NCBI RefSeq assembly: GCF_009914755.1 | Contig: NC_060937.1 | Source: the human T2T-CHM13v2.0 reference genome, Homo sapiens | Reading direction: 5' to 3' (one strand) | Length of the DNA stretch: 64,000 nt | Shown: piece after piece, positions 11,797 to 27,300 of the stretch | How positions within the stretch are numbered: the first letter of the stretch is position 1 | How the letters are laid out: each line of letters begins with the position of its first letter | Notes under the pieces: model-generated | What the model was told of the DNA's origin: nothing | The model's input: the letters and a program-made list of their open reading frames with translations, nothing else | The model's database searches: none | Translations under genes and position numbers: made by a program

Positions 11797-14149
11797 CTTG
11801 TTATTTCTGTCCTGGATTGTACAATAATATCTTAACTAGATTCCACAATTCCAAGCAATTCTTTGTGGTTTTGTCAATGTTTTCTTTCTAAAACCTAAAT
11901 GTGAAAGTGTCACATCTCTACTAGAAAACTAAAATCAGTTGCAAAGTTAAGCTAAAATTTCCCAGACTTCCATCATCTGATTCAGTTAATATTACAGCTT
12001 TATTTCTTCAAGACATTCATCCCAATGTTCCTTGCTTTCTAGCATAGTTATGCTAAATGTTGTCTTTTCTGCTGGCTTTTGCTTTCTGGAACACATTTCA
12101 CTTCATATATATCCATAGGGAAGTTTTTCCAAAGCTTTAGTTTTCTAGGCTTAGCTCATTAACATTGCAAAAAAACCCCACAAAACCTCTGCAGAGAGAA
12201 TTAATTAGATTAAATCCCTCCTCTCCTGTCTTTCCGTATCCCTTCTTTTATATCTGACTGATAGCCTCAGTAAAATAATTAATATTAAAATACACACATC
12301 TTCTGAGCATAAGCTCTTAATAAATTGTGACCTCCTTAAAGACTATATTGATCTTTAAATTTCTATCATTCGTTGGTCGATGATGGGTAGCAGATACCAA
12401 ATATTTTTAATTGTGTAAATAAATGAGTTCAAGTTTTGTAGATGCAGTTAAGAAAGTGGTTATAAGAAATAAAGTATATAATTTTAAAACACCTCCTATT
12501 TCTAATATAATATTCTACTGCCTATGAATTAGTACTGCTGTGTTTATGTCCACTTTATTTCCTTACTGCCTATCAACTTTGCTCAACAGTGGTTGTTTCT
12601 TAATGATTATTCCGTGTGTGAGATATCTAGCTTCAACTCCACCCCCTACCCCTGTTGCTGTGTGAGCAGGCAAATGATAGTAGCTGTGTTAGCATTAATT
12701 TAATAAAATGTAAACTTACTTAAACAACTGGTATTCACATTATGGCGCTTCAGAATATGTTTCAATGGAAATGTAGAGAGAAGTATATTTTTATTTCTAA
12801 TAAGTCAGAAAAAAATAAGAAAATTTTCAACTTAAAATGCTGTTTAGCCAATCTCTATCACTTAAAACATGTTTTATAGTATTGCCTGGAAATATAAATT
12901 TCTTCCAAAAGCATCTATCGCTTTATTCACTAACTAGTATTTTAGGTACTTCCCAGAAAGAATAGAACTGTCATTATATTAAATAGTATACAATATGGCA
13001 ACTCTACTTAGTGTTATCTATTCTTATACCACTTTTTTCCATCATGCATTGTTTTTTTCTTCTGTAATTGTTCAGCATTTCAGCATGTAAGTCTGAGGTG
13101 TGTGGAAATGTCAGAGTGTGAAAGTGTGGCTGTCTTTGTACATTATAAGTCTGCATTTATTACACAGATGCCGATCATACTGTCATCTCACAGGGCCAAC
13201 GCCAACTTACAATCCCCCTATGTTTCAGTTTTTATGTAAGAAAAAAATATATTATGCAAAGTGAAGAATTGGCAGCCAAGAGGTAAAAGCTGCTAAATGT
13301 CAGTTGACAAAATCATGAGAGCTTACGCATGAGAAGCTATATATTTTTACTATATGACACTATATTAGGCTGGGAGAACAGCCTTCTGAAGAGGAGAAAA
13401 AATCTGACTATACTCTGATTTCTTGGAAGCAGTCTTCTTCAAGAGAATACAAATTAATTGCATGTAATTTTTTCTTATACTATATAGGAAAACTTGTCCA
13501 AGTTTTAGCAATATAATACAAGATTATTACTAAATCATCACATTAATATGTTTTTAAAGAAATGTTCACTTTTAGAAGAAAGTATAACATTTTTCATGAA
13601 AAATATTAAATGATAATCATGTAGCGGCTTAAACTGACAAATATATGATTTTTGCAGAATAAACATTTTTAGCTTAGAAAACTAAAAAATAAAGAAAAAA
13701 TTTGTTTTTAAATAACTATAAAAATTCTACACTAATATTCAGCCACATTTTCTTCTGGTTTGGGAGGTTTCAGTTTTGTTCAATTTTGAGATGTTATCAT
13801 ATGCACAGTGCTATACCAAATACTGCATAAAAGTAATTATTCATTGACGAATTTTTCATGAAATCAATTGTCTAAACTATGATCGTTTTCTGTGCCTTTG
13901 GTTTAATTCTATTGCTTTGATTCTTTTTTCTGTAGGCCCAGCATCATACTTCCCTAAATTATTTAAAGTTTAGAATATGTTTTATTTTTCATCTTTGCAG
14001 CTCTTCATTAATTTTCCTGAACATTATTCTTTTATTTGGATTTCACATATGCTTCCTCCATGTAAGGCATTTCTATAAATTAAAAGACCCTTTGAATTTG
14101 TATTGCAATTGCATGAAAATGCAATAGTCATTCAAAAAGAATTCTTTTC

Positions 14150-14657
14150 TGATTATCAATTAAATTTTAACAAGCTACACCCCAAACTTTAGTGGCTTAA
14201 AATGACAAATATTTTATGATATCCTGTGATTCTGTGGGTCAATAATTTCAAGAGGATTTAGCTAGACAGTTCTGCTCCACATAGGTTTAAGGTCACTTGG
14301 TGGTAGTCACTACAATTGAGCCAGTCTGGAGATTCCAAGACAACTTTATTCAAATACCTAATACCTTAGCCTGGATGGCTGGAGTGCTCCCTCCCCATTT
14401 AGTCTAAGGGCCTTTCCATATGGACTCTTCCACAAGTTGCTGAACCTCATGCATGGCAGCTCAGGATTCAAGAAACCAAGGTTGAAGCTTCTAGCTTCAT
14501 AAAAAATAGGTCTGAAGTAGCAAAGAGTCACTTTTGCTGTGCTCTATTAGACAAAGCAGTCACAAGCCAGCCAAGATTCAAGGAGAAGGAGCTAGACCTC
14601 ACTGCCTGAAGAAAAAAAAGTGGCAAAGATTCTGCAGCCATCTTTAATCCAGCATAG
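14150..14657 (-). mobile_element. MaLR LTR (MLT1G/H-like)
   Basis: Typical antisense MLT1 text: ccccaaactttagtggcttaaaa...ttctgtgggtca...aaagcagtcacaagccagccaagattcaagg...gcagccatctttaatc. Confidence 0.75.
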
Positions 14658-15690
14658 TTGGCCCTCTGCTCACAAATTATCTGTAGTCTTCTAACATATC
14701 AAATACACTTATCTCCTCCCAAGATTCCCAAACTATGACTCCATTACAGTCTCAGATCAAAGTGATGAAAAGAGAATTTTACCACTTAAGATGTGGTATG
14801 TAATATAGAGTATAAGACAAGGCTGAAATTCAACCAGTATACATTTGTGGTGCCATCCTGCATGTTAAATTAATAAAGTACTTCCAAAGTTTGATTCTGT
14901 TTAAATCTCTCAGCTCTGCCCAATTCCTCACAACTGCCCCTGCCTTGAGTCACTGTCCTTAATCCAGCATTTAAAGTGTTAAAACCTGGCACAGTCAGTG
15001 CTTTTGGGGATAAACCTTCAGGAAGAAGGCCCATCTTCTTCCTAATTGCAAAGTACTCTTGACAGTCTAATTCAATATTATTCATATCGACATTGGAAGG
15101 AAGACAAACTAGTAAAATGTACAAATAAAGTTTATACTGTATTATATTATTTATACAGTAAATAGATTTGATGAGAGTCAGATAGTGATGTCCCAAGAAC
15201 CTCATTTTCTCCTCACTTTTGGTATCTTAGCCCAAACTGGCTCACTGAAACTATTCTCACTGTTCCTGGCTGGTAGGGCTGTTTCCAAGGCCTAGGAATG
15301 CAGGCCTTAGTGCTCACTGTATACATTTCTTATCACTCTTCCTGGCCCAGAGATATCATTGTGTAGAGAAACTAGGTGTTTCCTAGCTCCTATTAGGGTG
15401 CTAACTTATAAATATGGTCTGGAGGTATTTTTCCCACTCTTCTTGGTGTGCTCTGGCTTTATGCCTACACTTGCTTCTGGCTGAAGCTGGCCTCCCTCTG
15501 TGGAAACTTTGGCTGAGATGCATACAGAACCCCTTCATGCCCCTCCGTGTTATGGAATTGAGTTTGGAGGACAGCATGCTCTCTGCTACCTCTCTGATTG
15601 TTAATTATTCCCCCTTCCAAATTTTTATAACTGTATTCTGTGGCAGTAGTGGCATGTTATCTGTGATGTCCTCCAACCCTGCACAATACT
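14658..15690 (-). mobile_element. Probable MLT1 internal sequence adjoining the LTR
   Basis: Directly abuts the LTR; degenerate MaLR-int-like text; the boundary is approximate. Confidence 0.4.
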
Positions 15691-16921
15691 ATTCAATGAA
15701 ATAATTAATAAGGAATATTTCATCATTTTTACAATCATCTTAAATAATTTTGTTTACTTGAAAATGTAATAGCATGTTACATGAAAAATTAAAATATATA
15801 GACTTAAGCAGAAATAATCCATTTTCTCTATCAGTTCTTGTGTAAAGACTCAAACATTGCAAAAGTCACTGATCTTCATTAAAATTTTAAAAGTTAATAA
15901 TTCAGTTTATTTACCAGAAAATCTTATATTAAGCCAGTTATAGAATAATTTTTCAATCGAATTTAATTTCAAATCATCTGCAGAAAATTAGAATAAACAA
16001 TGGCACTTTTGAAAATATACATTTATGATCTTATCAGCTTAATTATAACTTTGTTTTTGACATTTCAACTTCAGCAGGTATATATCGGGATTTGTCTGGT
16101 CAAAAATTTAAGACCTGTGTTCTAGGAAATGTATAACATTTTTTAGCAACATGAAGAGGCTTTTGACAGAGCCATTTACAATCTATTAACTATAATCCAC
16201 ACCACCTATGTCATTATCATGTGAATTGAGCTGAAAGACCTGACCACCTGCTCTTCTGCACAGAGCAGATTACATCTCTGTCATTCACTGAGCATTTTAA
16301 AAAGATATTTTTAAATTATTACAAACAGAAAACATTAAAAAAAATAAGCTTTGGAAAAAAATAAACATGGAAAATATTTTCAGTGCTTAAATCCTGTTGA
16401 GATTTAGATTTCTGGATAAATAATATTTTTAAATCTACATTTTTAGTCAATTGTGAAGAAAGGGATCCTGTTCTATTATTCTATCTAATACATTTTTGTG
16501 AAACATAGGAAAATAATTGTTTTTAAGTTATTATAAAAATATACTAGTAACATGTCTATTATTGTTTTTGAGAGTGTGTGAGTCAATGTTCTTACCCTTT
16601 CTATATAGAACATCTTTTTGAAATAAGGGACATTGAGCTGTATTTTTTGGTAATAATTGTATTATTTTATTTCTTCACTTATTACATTGGATGAAAATTC
16701 AAGATTAATGCAATAGCAGTCATATTTCTTAAGATTAAATGGGAATGCCAACAGATATGATCTATGAAAAATAATATTTGTTCATATTTTATTAACAACC
16801 TTCATTAATGTCATATATTTAATTTCATCAAACTTTTATAATCTATTAAATAATTATATATTTTCCCTTTGACCAGTGATGAAACAAATTATATTAATAT
16901 ATTGAAACATTAATAGATTGA

Positions 16922-17222
<301 letters not shown>

Positions 17223-17229
17223 TGATCAC

Positions 17230-18000
17230 ATAACATTTTATGAGAATTCCCCCACCAAAATTTACTTTATTCCGTATTGCTGGATTTGTTTTGCTATATT
17301 TTAAAAATATTTTTAAACTAAGATATTTCTTTAATTTTCAAACATGAGATTCTTTTTTGTGCTACTTTTGTCAAATTTTGGTAGCAGAAGTTTCCCAGCC
17401 TCATAAAATCAATTTAGAAATTTTGTATCCTAGTCTATATGTTGAAAAACCTTAATAATATATTTAAAAATAGCTATTCTTGGTGAAATTTAGAAAATTG
17501 ACTTTTAAAAGCATCCGACAATAATTATCTCTACTAGAGATAATTATTGGACATATTTTTCTATTTTATTCAAGTTTGTTCCCCTAGTTTTATTCTCATT
17601 TTTTAAATAAAACCTACTGATCATCTATGTTTTGCTACAAATCTCCCATTTGATTCCGATTTTTCAAATGCTTTCTGAAAATATATATAGTAAATAGTTT
17701 GATGGTTTTTCTATAAAATCTTGGTTTTAAATTTATGTATCTGTTTTCTTTCTTTCCCTCCAATTGGCTAGGATTTTAAAAGTTTTCATAATAATTTTTA
17801 AAAATAATTTTTCTCTGTATTTTTAATTCTACTAATAATTTTTACTTATATCTCTATTATTTCCTTGTTGCTATTTTGATTTATGCGGTTTGTTTCAAAC
17901 CATAATCTCTTCTCTCTGCATGCTTAATTCTAGCCCTTTTTTTCACCAATTGAGTCTTTGAGTATTTTGTTATAAAAGTGAGCATGTTATGACATCTTTG
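17230..18000 (-). mobile_element. Ancient L1M ORF2 remnant
   Basis: ttgctggatttgttttgctatatttt...ttttggtagcagaagtttcccagcctcataaaatcaatttag parallels the L1 ORF2 text at 2060-2210 of this window. Confidence 0.5.
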
Positions 18001-18281
18001 TTGAATTCATTTATGTTTCAAAATTCCTTTGCTACCCCATCACCACACAGCCCCTTCAAAAAGAGCCAGTCGCCTAATATTTATTTGTTCAGTTATACTT
18101 TTCCACTTCAAAGCTCTTTAGGTTGGTCTATTTTTATATGATATTTAATATTTGGAGTAATATTCTTAGTTCAATATATTTCTACCTGATGCTTTATTTT
18201 CAATTAATTATCTTTAACAGACAATAAATCTTGACTTATGAAAGCATCTTAATGCAGAATATTTTTATTTTTCCGTTATAC

Positions 18282-18584
18282 TTTTTTTTTTTTTTGAGAG
18301 AGGGTCTCACTCTGTTGCCCAGGCTAGAGTGCAGCAACATGATCTCCGCTAGCTGCCACCTCTGCCTCCTGGGTTCAAGTGATTCTTGTGTCTCAGCCTC
18401 CTGAGTAGCTGGGACCACAGGCCTGCACCATCATGCCTGGCTAATTTTTGTATTTTTGGTAGAGATGGGGTTTCACCATGTTGGCCAGGCTGGTCTCAAA
18501 CTCCTGGCCTCAAATGATCCACCGGCCTTGGCCTTGGCCCCCTTAAGTGCTGGGATTACAGGTGTGAGCCATCACACCCAGTCT
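18282..18584 (-). mobile_element. AluS
   Basis: Full antisense Alu; degenerate TSD tccgttatac / tccattatat. Confidence 0.93.
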
Positions 18585-19992
18585 CCATTATATATTTTAA
18601 ATGCTGTTCATGCTCAATTCTCTGTATTTTCTTTTCTCCAGCAAAACCAATAGCCTCATATTTTCTCTATACAATACTGATTTAGTCATCTCTGTCATTC
18701 ATGTTGACTTTAATTCTAATACTATATTTTGTTTCTCTAGTTACTGATCTGTTTTCTTTTGGTTTTCTTCTCAGCTGGACAATTAGTAATTTACTATATT
18801 ATTTTACCAATTTTTCTGTTACATATATTTTTTTAAAAATGTGTTCTGGTGGGCAGTTGGGGGAGAGAAATTTTACTGGTAATAAAAGGCAGGAGATTTC
18901 TACTATGTTTCTTTTCTTTGCATTTTTCCATAGCATGCCCTTTGTATGCTATCATAATGTCTTATTTGGTCATCTAGTTTGTACATTATTATTGGAGAGA
19001 ATAGTTGTGTGTCTACTTATTCTTGAGTGAAGTGGGAAATATCCAAGCCTAGCATGGTAATTTTCATGACCAGCAACGGGGTAGGAGTATCCTTCTGTTC
19101 TTCGGTTGCTGTTAAAATTCTTTTTTCTGATTTTAAGTTACTGGCTGGGAGATATAAATATACTTCTTTATTTCAGTAATTATCATTCTAAGAAAAAGAA
19201 AAGCCTTTTCAGGACAAAATTCCTTCCATGAACCCTTTAAATCATTTATAGAACTCAACATAATTTGGGACACATATAAATTTCTTTTGATGGATTAAAA
19301 AGTGGTGTAGTGATACTATGAAGACAAAATTGGTAGAGCAATAAAAATTCTTACTTCATATTTCATATACATATCAAAGTTCTTGATTTGAAGTCATACA
19401 GCCATTTGTAGCATGCACTGTTGTGTGTAAATTTGTGTCTTGTGCTAAGCATGCTTTCAGGCCCAAAGTTGTTTATGGCCAAATACTTGGATTTGCTCAT
19501 TTATATGCCCACCAACTATAGAGTAATCTTACACATTTTTATAAATATATGTTATTGCACACCAGAAAATGAAATTTAAAATGTAGAATTTTAAGTGTGT
19601 TAAAATGTAATTTTTGAAACATGGAAAGGTAACACAAATCAAGTGTTAGGCTTGTTTCCTCAATCATACTCTACGTGTCTAGCAGAGTCATTGGACCTAA
19701 GAATAAACGAGCAGGGCCAAAGTTAAGTAGGCTGTTTTTCATAATGTTAGTAGCTTGGCTTCTTTTTATGCAAGATTGCAAACCTCAGTTTTGGCCGACC
19801 CTTACTATTTGTATGGCCTGATGTCCAATATCTATTATATATCCCTGTCTTTCTGCCTGCTAGTACATAATCTGCTTTGTCCAATCTTTGCTAATACTAA
19901 AAACTTTTACTTAGTAAAGGTTTAACTACTGTTTCTGCAATTTGGTGTTTAAAGTGGCTCATATTCCTCTTCATTCATGTATGTCTATACTT

Positions 19993-20010
19993 TATGTATA
20001 TATGTATATA

Positions 20011-20046
<36 letters not shown>
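19993..20046. repeat. (TA)n microsatellite
   Basis: Read directly from the sequence. Confidence 0.95.
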
Positions 20047-20394
20047 CGCCTTGTTGCAAGGGTCATTTACAAATATTTTTAAATTCAGTTCATAATTTTT
20101 TCCTTCTTAAAATTTACCTAACAACCTTCACCATCATCACCCAGATGGATTTGCCCAATATATTCTTAAAGCCACCACTGTATTTTTTATATGAAACTTA
20201 ATTGTGTATTTTATCTCTCCAATTATAATGTAGCTCTTTTTCAATTAGAGGTTACATCTTATTTATCTTTGCAACACTAGTACTTAGTATGCCACTGAAA
20301 ACTGCTGAATTAGCTTGTTTTACAAAATGTATGCTATAGGTGCTCCACATTATAACACAGAAACTATTGATATTTGTAGAAAAGGTATCAGTAG

Positions 20395-20570
20395 CAGGGG
20401 CCTGGCCCAAGTGCCTGTTCTGTTACTTACTAGCTAAAGGTCTTCAGGCAAACTAATGTCCATTAAACAGGATTAAAATTTTTGCATTCCTTATAGCGTT
20501 GAGAATTAAATGAGTTATGGTATATAACACACATAGCAACCATTGAATAAATTTTAACAAATATTATTAC
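20395..20570 (+). mobile_element. MIR fragment
   Basis: ttctgttacttactagct...ggcaaa...gttgagaattaaatgagtta resembles the MIR core. Confidence 0.5.
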
Positions 20571-21254
20571 CCCTATATGTCAGTAAGGTAGTAAGTAGTA
20601 TTCTAAAGGATAGCATAAAGAGTACCAGAATTACTTTGCAGTGAGTTGTCATCAGAGTATAATTTAATATTTTGCTTGTTGGTGACCCAATTCTAGTAAT
20701 TAACATCAAATGGGGTTTATAAAAAGATCAGTGGTAGATTTACATGACACAGCCATAAGGAAGATTTGAAACTCCTAGTGCTTGTAGTGCTAAAACGCAA
20801 TAGCTCATTAAAGCATATTAGCAAGTCCACATGTTTCTGAGAAGACTATCGTGATCTGGGTGTCTATTACCCTATCAGTGTTTACAACTCTATTTAGTGC
20901 ATCTCTCTAGGTTATCATTTCATCTTTAAATCTCCCATACTGGGTACAATGTTGGCAGATAGACACTCAATAACTACATTTAGGGAGAATGAAAACAAGA
21001 AACAAAAAACACTTCTGTAAAACAATGGCCTGATTATCAAAAATTCAATTTATTTACAACAAAACTATACTTAAACTGGTAAAATTTTTGCTTCTGATGT
21101 TATTTGGTTTATGTTATTACAGTGGAGATTAATTTTTCAAACTGCCTTTATTGTTGTTGTTTTCTTCTCTTGGCTTTTAAAAAAAATGTTACTACGTATT
21201 TTATGAAAAATCATGTGCTGAGGAAAAAATATGAAAATGAGACCTACCAATTTA

Positions 21255-22194
21255 GTTATTTAATGTTTTAAGTTTTATTTTTAATTGATGCATGAGAATT
21301 ATACATGCTTATGAGGTAAAGAGTGATGTTTCCATACATGTTTAGCTGGTATAATGATCAAATCAGGATATATAGCTTATCTATTCCCTCAAATGCTTAT
21401 TTCTTGGTGGTTAGAACATTCATAATCCTCTCCAGTTATTTTGATATATAGAATATTGTTAACTATAGTTACCCTATTTTGTAATAGCACAGCAGAATGT
21501 ATTCCTTCTATATAATTGTAATTTTGTATCCATTGAACAATCTCTGCCCATCTCTTGCTTTTCCCCTACCTTCCCCAACCTCTGGTAACCACTATACTAC
21601 TCTACTCCTATATCAACTTTTTTAGATTCTGCAAGTGAATCAGATATGTGGTATTTGTCTTTCTGTGCCTAGCTTATTTTACTTAGCATAATGTTCTCCA
21701 GTTCCATTTATATTGCCTCAAATGACAGGATTTCATTCTTTGTAATGTCTGAATAGTATTCCATTGTGTATGTATAACACATTTTTGTTATCCATGCTTC
21801 CATTGATGGACATTTGGGTTGGGTACTTATCTTGGTTATTGTTTATAATGCTACAATAATCATGGAAGCACAATTATCTCTTCAACATACTGATTTTATT
21901 TCCATTAGATAATTGCTCAGTAGTGGGATTCCTGGATCATACGGTAGTTCTACTTTTTACTTTTTTGAGGAAGCTCCATACTGTTTTACATAATAGCTGT
22001 ACTAACGCCCACCAACAGTGAACAAGAGTTCCCCTTTGTCTGGATCCTTAAAAGCAATTGTTAATTTTTTGGCTTTTGAATAATAGTCATTCTAATTGTG
22101 GTGAGGTGATATCTCATTGTGATTGTGATTTGCATTTTCCTAATGGTTGGTAATGTTGAGCATTTTTTTATATGCATATTGGCTATTTGTATGG
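21255..22194 (-). mobile_element. 5'-truncated L1MA-type 3' end
   Basis: Antisense L1MA 3'UTR and ORF2 end (gaatagtattccattgtgtat; gatatctcattgtg); TSD TACCAATTTA at 21245-21254 and 22195-22204. Confidence 0.88.
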
Positions 22195-22239
22195 TACCAA
22201 TTTAAACTTTACATTTCATCAAAGTTAATTTTTAACTTT

Positions 22240-22508
22240 GGGTGGATCACTTGAGTCCAGGAGTTTGAGACCAGCTGGGACAACATAGTGAGACCCTATC
22301 ACTACAAAAAAAATAAAAATAAAAAAGTAGCTAGGTGTGGTAGCATTTGCCTCTAGTTCCAGCTACTAGAGAAGCTGAAGTGAGAGAACTGCTTGAGCCC
22401 AGAAGGTTGAAGCTATAGTAAGCCAAGATCACACCACTGTACTCCAGCCTGGGCAATAGAGTGAAACCCTGTCTGCAAAAAAATAAAAATAAAAACAAAT
22501 AATAATAA
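22240..22508 (+). mobile_element. 5'-truncated AluJ
   Basis: ggatcacttgagtccaggagtttgagacc...catagtgagaccc; A-rich tail. Confidence 0.9.
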
Positions 22509-23724
22509 TTGAAGTCAATGCCTAGGTGATAAATTTAAGCTATATTCCAAAATCTATTTAATTGATAAAATAATAGAACATATTGATGGATTTGATTGTA
22601 CAAGTAGTGGGAGGGAAAGACAGCAGCTGAGGTTTGCTCTAATACTTACTTGTAAAATTATGTAAATGATATCTTTGAACAAGACAGAAAGTACAGAAGA
22701 AGCGAAATTTAGAAGTAGGCTAAGAAGTAATTAATTTAGACTGAAAGAACACAATTTTATGTTGTCTATGAGATACACAAAAGGTAAAGCATCCCAGAAC
22801 AGAGGAAGAGTTTAGATATGGCTATCATCATTGCCTGGAAATCATAAGAATTGATTATTCCAAAGATGAAACCATACAGGAACAACATCTGGTACAAGAA
22901 ATTGGCCAATGAATGAACAGAGAGCAACAAAAATTTATTAACTGTGAAGAATGAGAGAAATTTGTTAGGAACCCTAAGAAGAGTAGTTATATTAATGAGA
23001 GGACATGAAAGAGTAGACTCACCAGGTGGAAAAGAGGAAAGTCACAAATACAGTGGGTGAGTAGCGATGTCAAATGCCAACAATAGGTCAGATTAAATGA
23101 AAACTTAAAATAGGCTTTTACATCAGTTACTTCAGCATCAATTTTGGAGTGGAAGTCAAAGGCAGTAGATCTGTAAATTAATTTGAGGAAATGGAAATTT
23201 TTTGTTACTATTTTCAGAGGGTCTGGAAGTGAGGTGAATCAAAAGAAAAAATAATAGAGAAAGGAGGTCAAGGCAAGAGGAATGGAAAAGAATTCAGATA
23301 TACATAAGTTTGGTCTCAGAGCACTACGAAAGTTAAAAGGTTGAGCATTGAATTTGTCTTGTTAATTTGCTCTGGACCAAGTTGAGTGAGGAAACGGTAC
23401 AGAGTAAAAATTTGTAATAGTTGTTATAAGAAACGTAAGAAAGATGGACTGTAGACAAGTAAAAACATGACTGAATGGCCATGGCATGGGTCATATTTAG
23501 AAACCATCAAGTTATAATTGTGTCACTCAGCGTTATTCCATTATTATCCCTTCAGCAGGCTAGAAGAAGAAAAATTCCATTTTAAGAAACCAAACATGAG
23601 ATAAATATTCCATGGAAATTTTCTTGAGTTAATCTCATTTGCCTGTGAAAGAAATGTCACTAAAATGTTTATCTGCAAACAAGAAAGAAATCCTGTTTAT
23701 CTCTTAAAATGATATATAAGAAAG

Positions 23725-24341
<617 letters not shown>

Positions 24342-27300
24342 GGCAAGAAGTACTAACAAACTTTCATAAAATTAGTATAAAACCAGTTTTATTTTTTAAC
24401 AAAATTCAAATTACTTCAAAGCTTCTTTGAATTAAAAACCAATTTTAGTTTTATATTTTACAGAACTTGAAAAGGTATATTCACTACTTGCAGATCTCTA
24501 ACAATAGCACTCTTGGTAAAGAATAGGATGATTTTAACTTAGGAATATTTAGCAAGAAACTGAAATTTAATGATATACAATAATAACTGCAATATTGTTA
24601 TTTTTCTTTGTACTATGGATTATTGGCATGGTATATTCTTTTTTTTTTTCCTTTCTTTTTTCTCTTTTTTTTTTCTTTTGTTTCCTGAGCTTTGAAGTAT
24701 GGTATGGTTTTTAAAGTTGAATTTAGCATGAGAAGATTTTGGTTCAAATTATGGCTCTGCACCAACGGTGTTTTTTATTTGTAGCTGCTTCAACAGTTGC
24801 GATTGATTGTTTTTATGGCTAGTCCTGATTGCACCATAATTGGGACATTGGGTTTGTTTTGTTTTTGTTTTTTGTCTCTGTTTGAATGAGTTACTACAGA
24901 ATGAAGAAATAGGTAAGCAAAGTGTTTGAAACATAGCTGGTGCTAATAAATGGCATTTATTATTGTCATGATTTCTGTACTCATTTTTCTATTAACTTCT
25001 AAGACATCATTATACACTAAAGTCTATCTTTCACACTGTAAATTTAGGCAGAGTTTTGTTCCTACAAAAATATGATAATAATTATCATCTTTGCTCCTCT
25101 AAACTGATATAGCGTTCACATACGGTATTTATAAGATCTATTCAACTAATCAGCTAATATAAAAATATACGAGTACATGCTTCTGAAACCAATAATCTCC
25201 ATTTTCGCAGGCAAGGAGTGAAGATAATCAAGTGTTATAAAAAGGATAGTGGTGTTAAAGCAAAAAGTAACGACAGCATAGAAATTTCACATCTTTAGCA
25301 AATGCATCAAATCTTTTCCAAACTACAGATGAGCTTTTCTTTCCTCAGAACAAATGAATTAAAATTGAGTGAAAACGCAAACCCAAATGTTTACTTTTCA
25401 TATAGCATTGATATACCTAATGAGGAATTTATTATAATACAGTATATGTAAAGCTCTTTGCTTAAAATCAGCTTAATTTTTCTTCTTGAAAGAATAGTAT
25501 ATTCATGATTTTTAACTAGATTTTCTTAGATGCAAGAATATTAAGATGACTACAGAATATTCTCTCTACTTTATATTGAGATATAAAATACCACACACTT
25601 ATACCACTTTAGAGTCATATTTATTAAATTTCATTTCTGGAGCATGACATAGTTGAAAGGTCTGTTAAAGTGATATTGCAATTACAATGTGTGTTTAAAG
25701 CACAACAAGGGAAATATAATTCTTAATACAAATGGTTTTATGGCTGGTAGTGCAGTTTATTCTCTCGTTGGTGGCTCTCACATAAGCTGGAGGATATTCT
25801 ACCCTCCTCCGCCCCAGAGAAAACAAGAGCGAAACAAAACAGCAAAATCTGGCTATGGACTGGATAACCAAGTTAATCTCATTTACTCGTGAATGAAATA
25901 GTTCCTCATGGTAGATCGCTGCTGAAATTTTAAGAAGCTCTGTTAACAACCACTATTGTAAAGTGGGAGTAAAACTTCAAACAAAACTTCTCTGCTGATC
26001 CTGCATTGTTACCTGTGGAATGGCTAGTATAAACAACATATAAGCCTAGCAGTGTTTTAGGAGACAAAGTATTAATCAACCACCAGGGAGCTCACCCCTA
26101 TTAAACCCCCTGAGGTTTCTGAAAGTATTTTCAGTAAAGCAATTCCAATGCTTCCGGCAGTCAAAGGGTTAGTATGTTAAACTCAACTGCAATTTTTATT
26201 GAGAGGGGAGGGATGCTCTGGAATAATTAATGTGACAATTTGTAGCTGCTAAAGTTGGAGATTTTACTGTTTGTTCCTACATCCTACAATTATGTTTCCT
26301 GACAATCCTACTTAGGTCGTAGGATTTTAAAGTCATGAAATCCAAAGAGAGTCTATTTTTTTGGTAGTTAAGCAGACTGCATATTTACAAATAGAATTAA
26401 AAATAAAACACAACCAAAAGATGTCACTGTTTTCAAATTATTTTGTATTAAATTGGCCTTGAACTTGGTGTAAAGTTAGGTACCATAATAATGATTTGAT
26501 TTATTTTGTCCTTATATCACTTAATCTCTTTTGGATTTCTTAAATCATTGTATCTAATTTTAATAACATTAACCATTTCCACTCCCACATACAATCCTTC
26601 AACTAGAGATATATCTTTTACAAAATACTGATTTTGAAATAATAGCAACAGAAATAGATTTAGAACTGCCTGAACTTGAATATCAGCATTGATTTTGGAG
26701 AGTTAAAGGTAATTAATTTACCTACAGAGAAGTTGGGAATATAGTAAACAAACAAAATAAACAAACCAATGGTATTCTCTACCAATTTTTTCTTATACTT
26801 GACTTTCATTTCTTCATTTTGGCTTAATTTAGTATATAAAGACAGGGTGAAGAGAGGGAATTAGAATAAATGGAAAAGCAAAAAGAGAACATGTTTCTCA
26901 TTTATAGAAAAAGCAATTACAATAGAATAAAAATGCACCAGAGTTAATTTGCCTACCAATTTAGTTCTTCCCAGACCCTGCTCTTCAAAATGCTTCTGTA
27001 TCAAGATGTTGAAAAATAAAGGAACATTATGGTCATATACAGAATATGTAACAAAAAGAATAGACATGATAGATATCTATTATGTAATCCTGTGTCTAAG
27101 TATTTATACAAAATAAGCAAAATTTATGGAGTCTAATATGAGCATTTAGAAGACATATAACTTCTTTAATTAAACTAACACCCACCTGCTTTAATTGAAA
27201 TAGTGATAGAAAACTGTGTTTGTACAGAAGCACAATTAAATGAATATGAAATAATTTATGTTTATATTGTCTATAAATACTGCATTTAACTCTGTAGCTA

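Larger units (their letters stand above)
9790..12430 (+). mobile_element. Ancient L2 LINE interrupted by younger insertions
   Basis: L2-like text at 9790-10330 resumes at ~11800 (ttatttctgtcctggattgtacaataatatcttaactag) and ends with an L2-like terminus near 12427. Confidence 0.6.
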
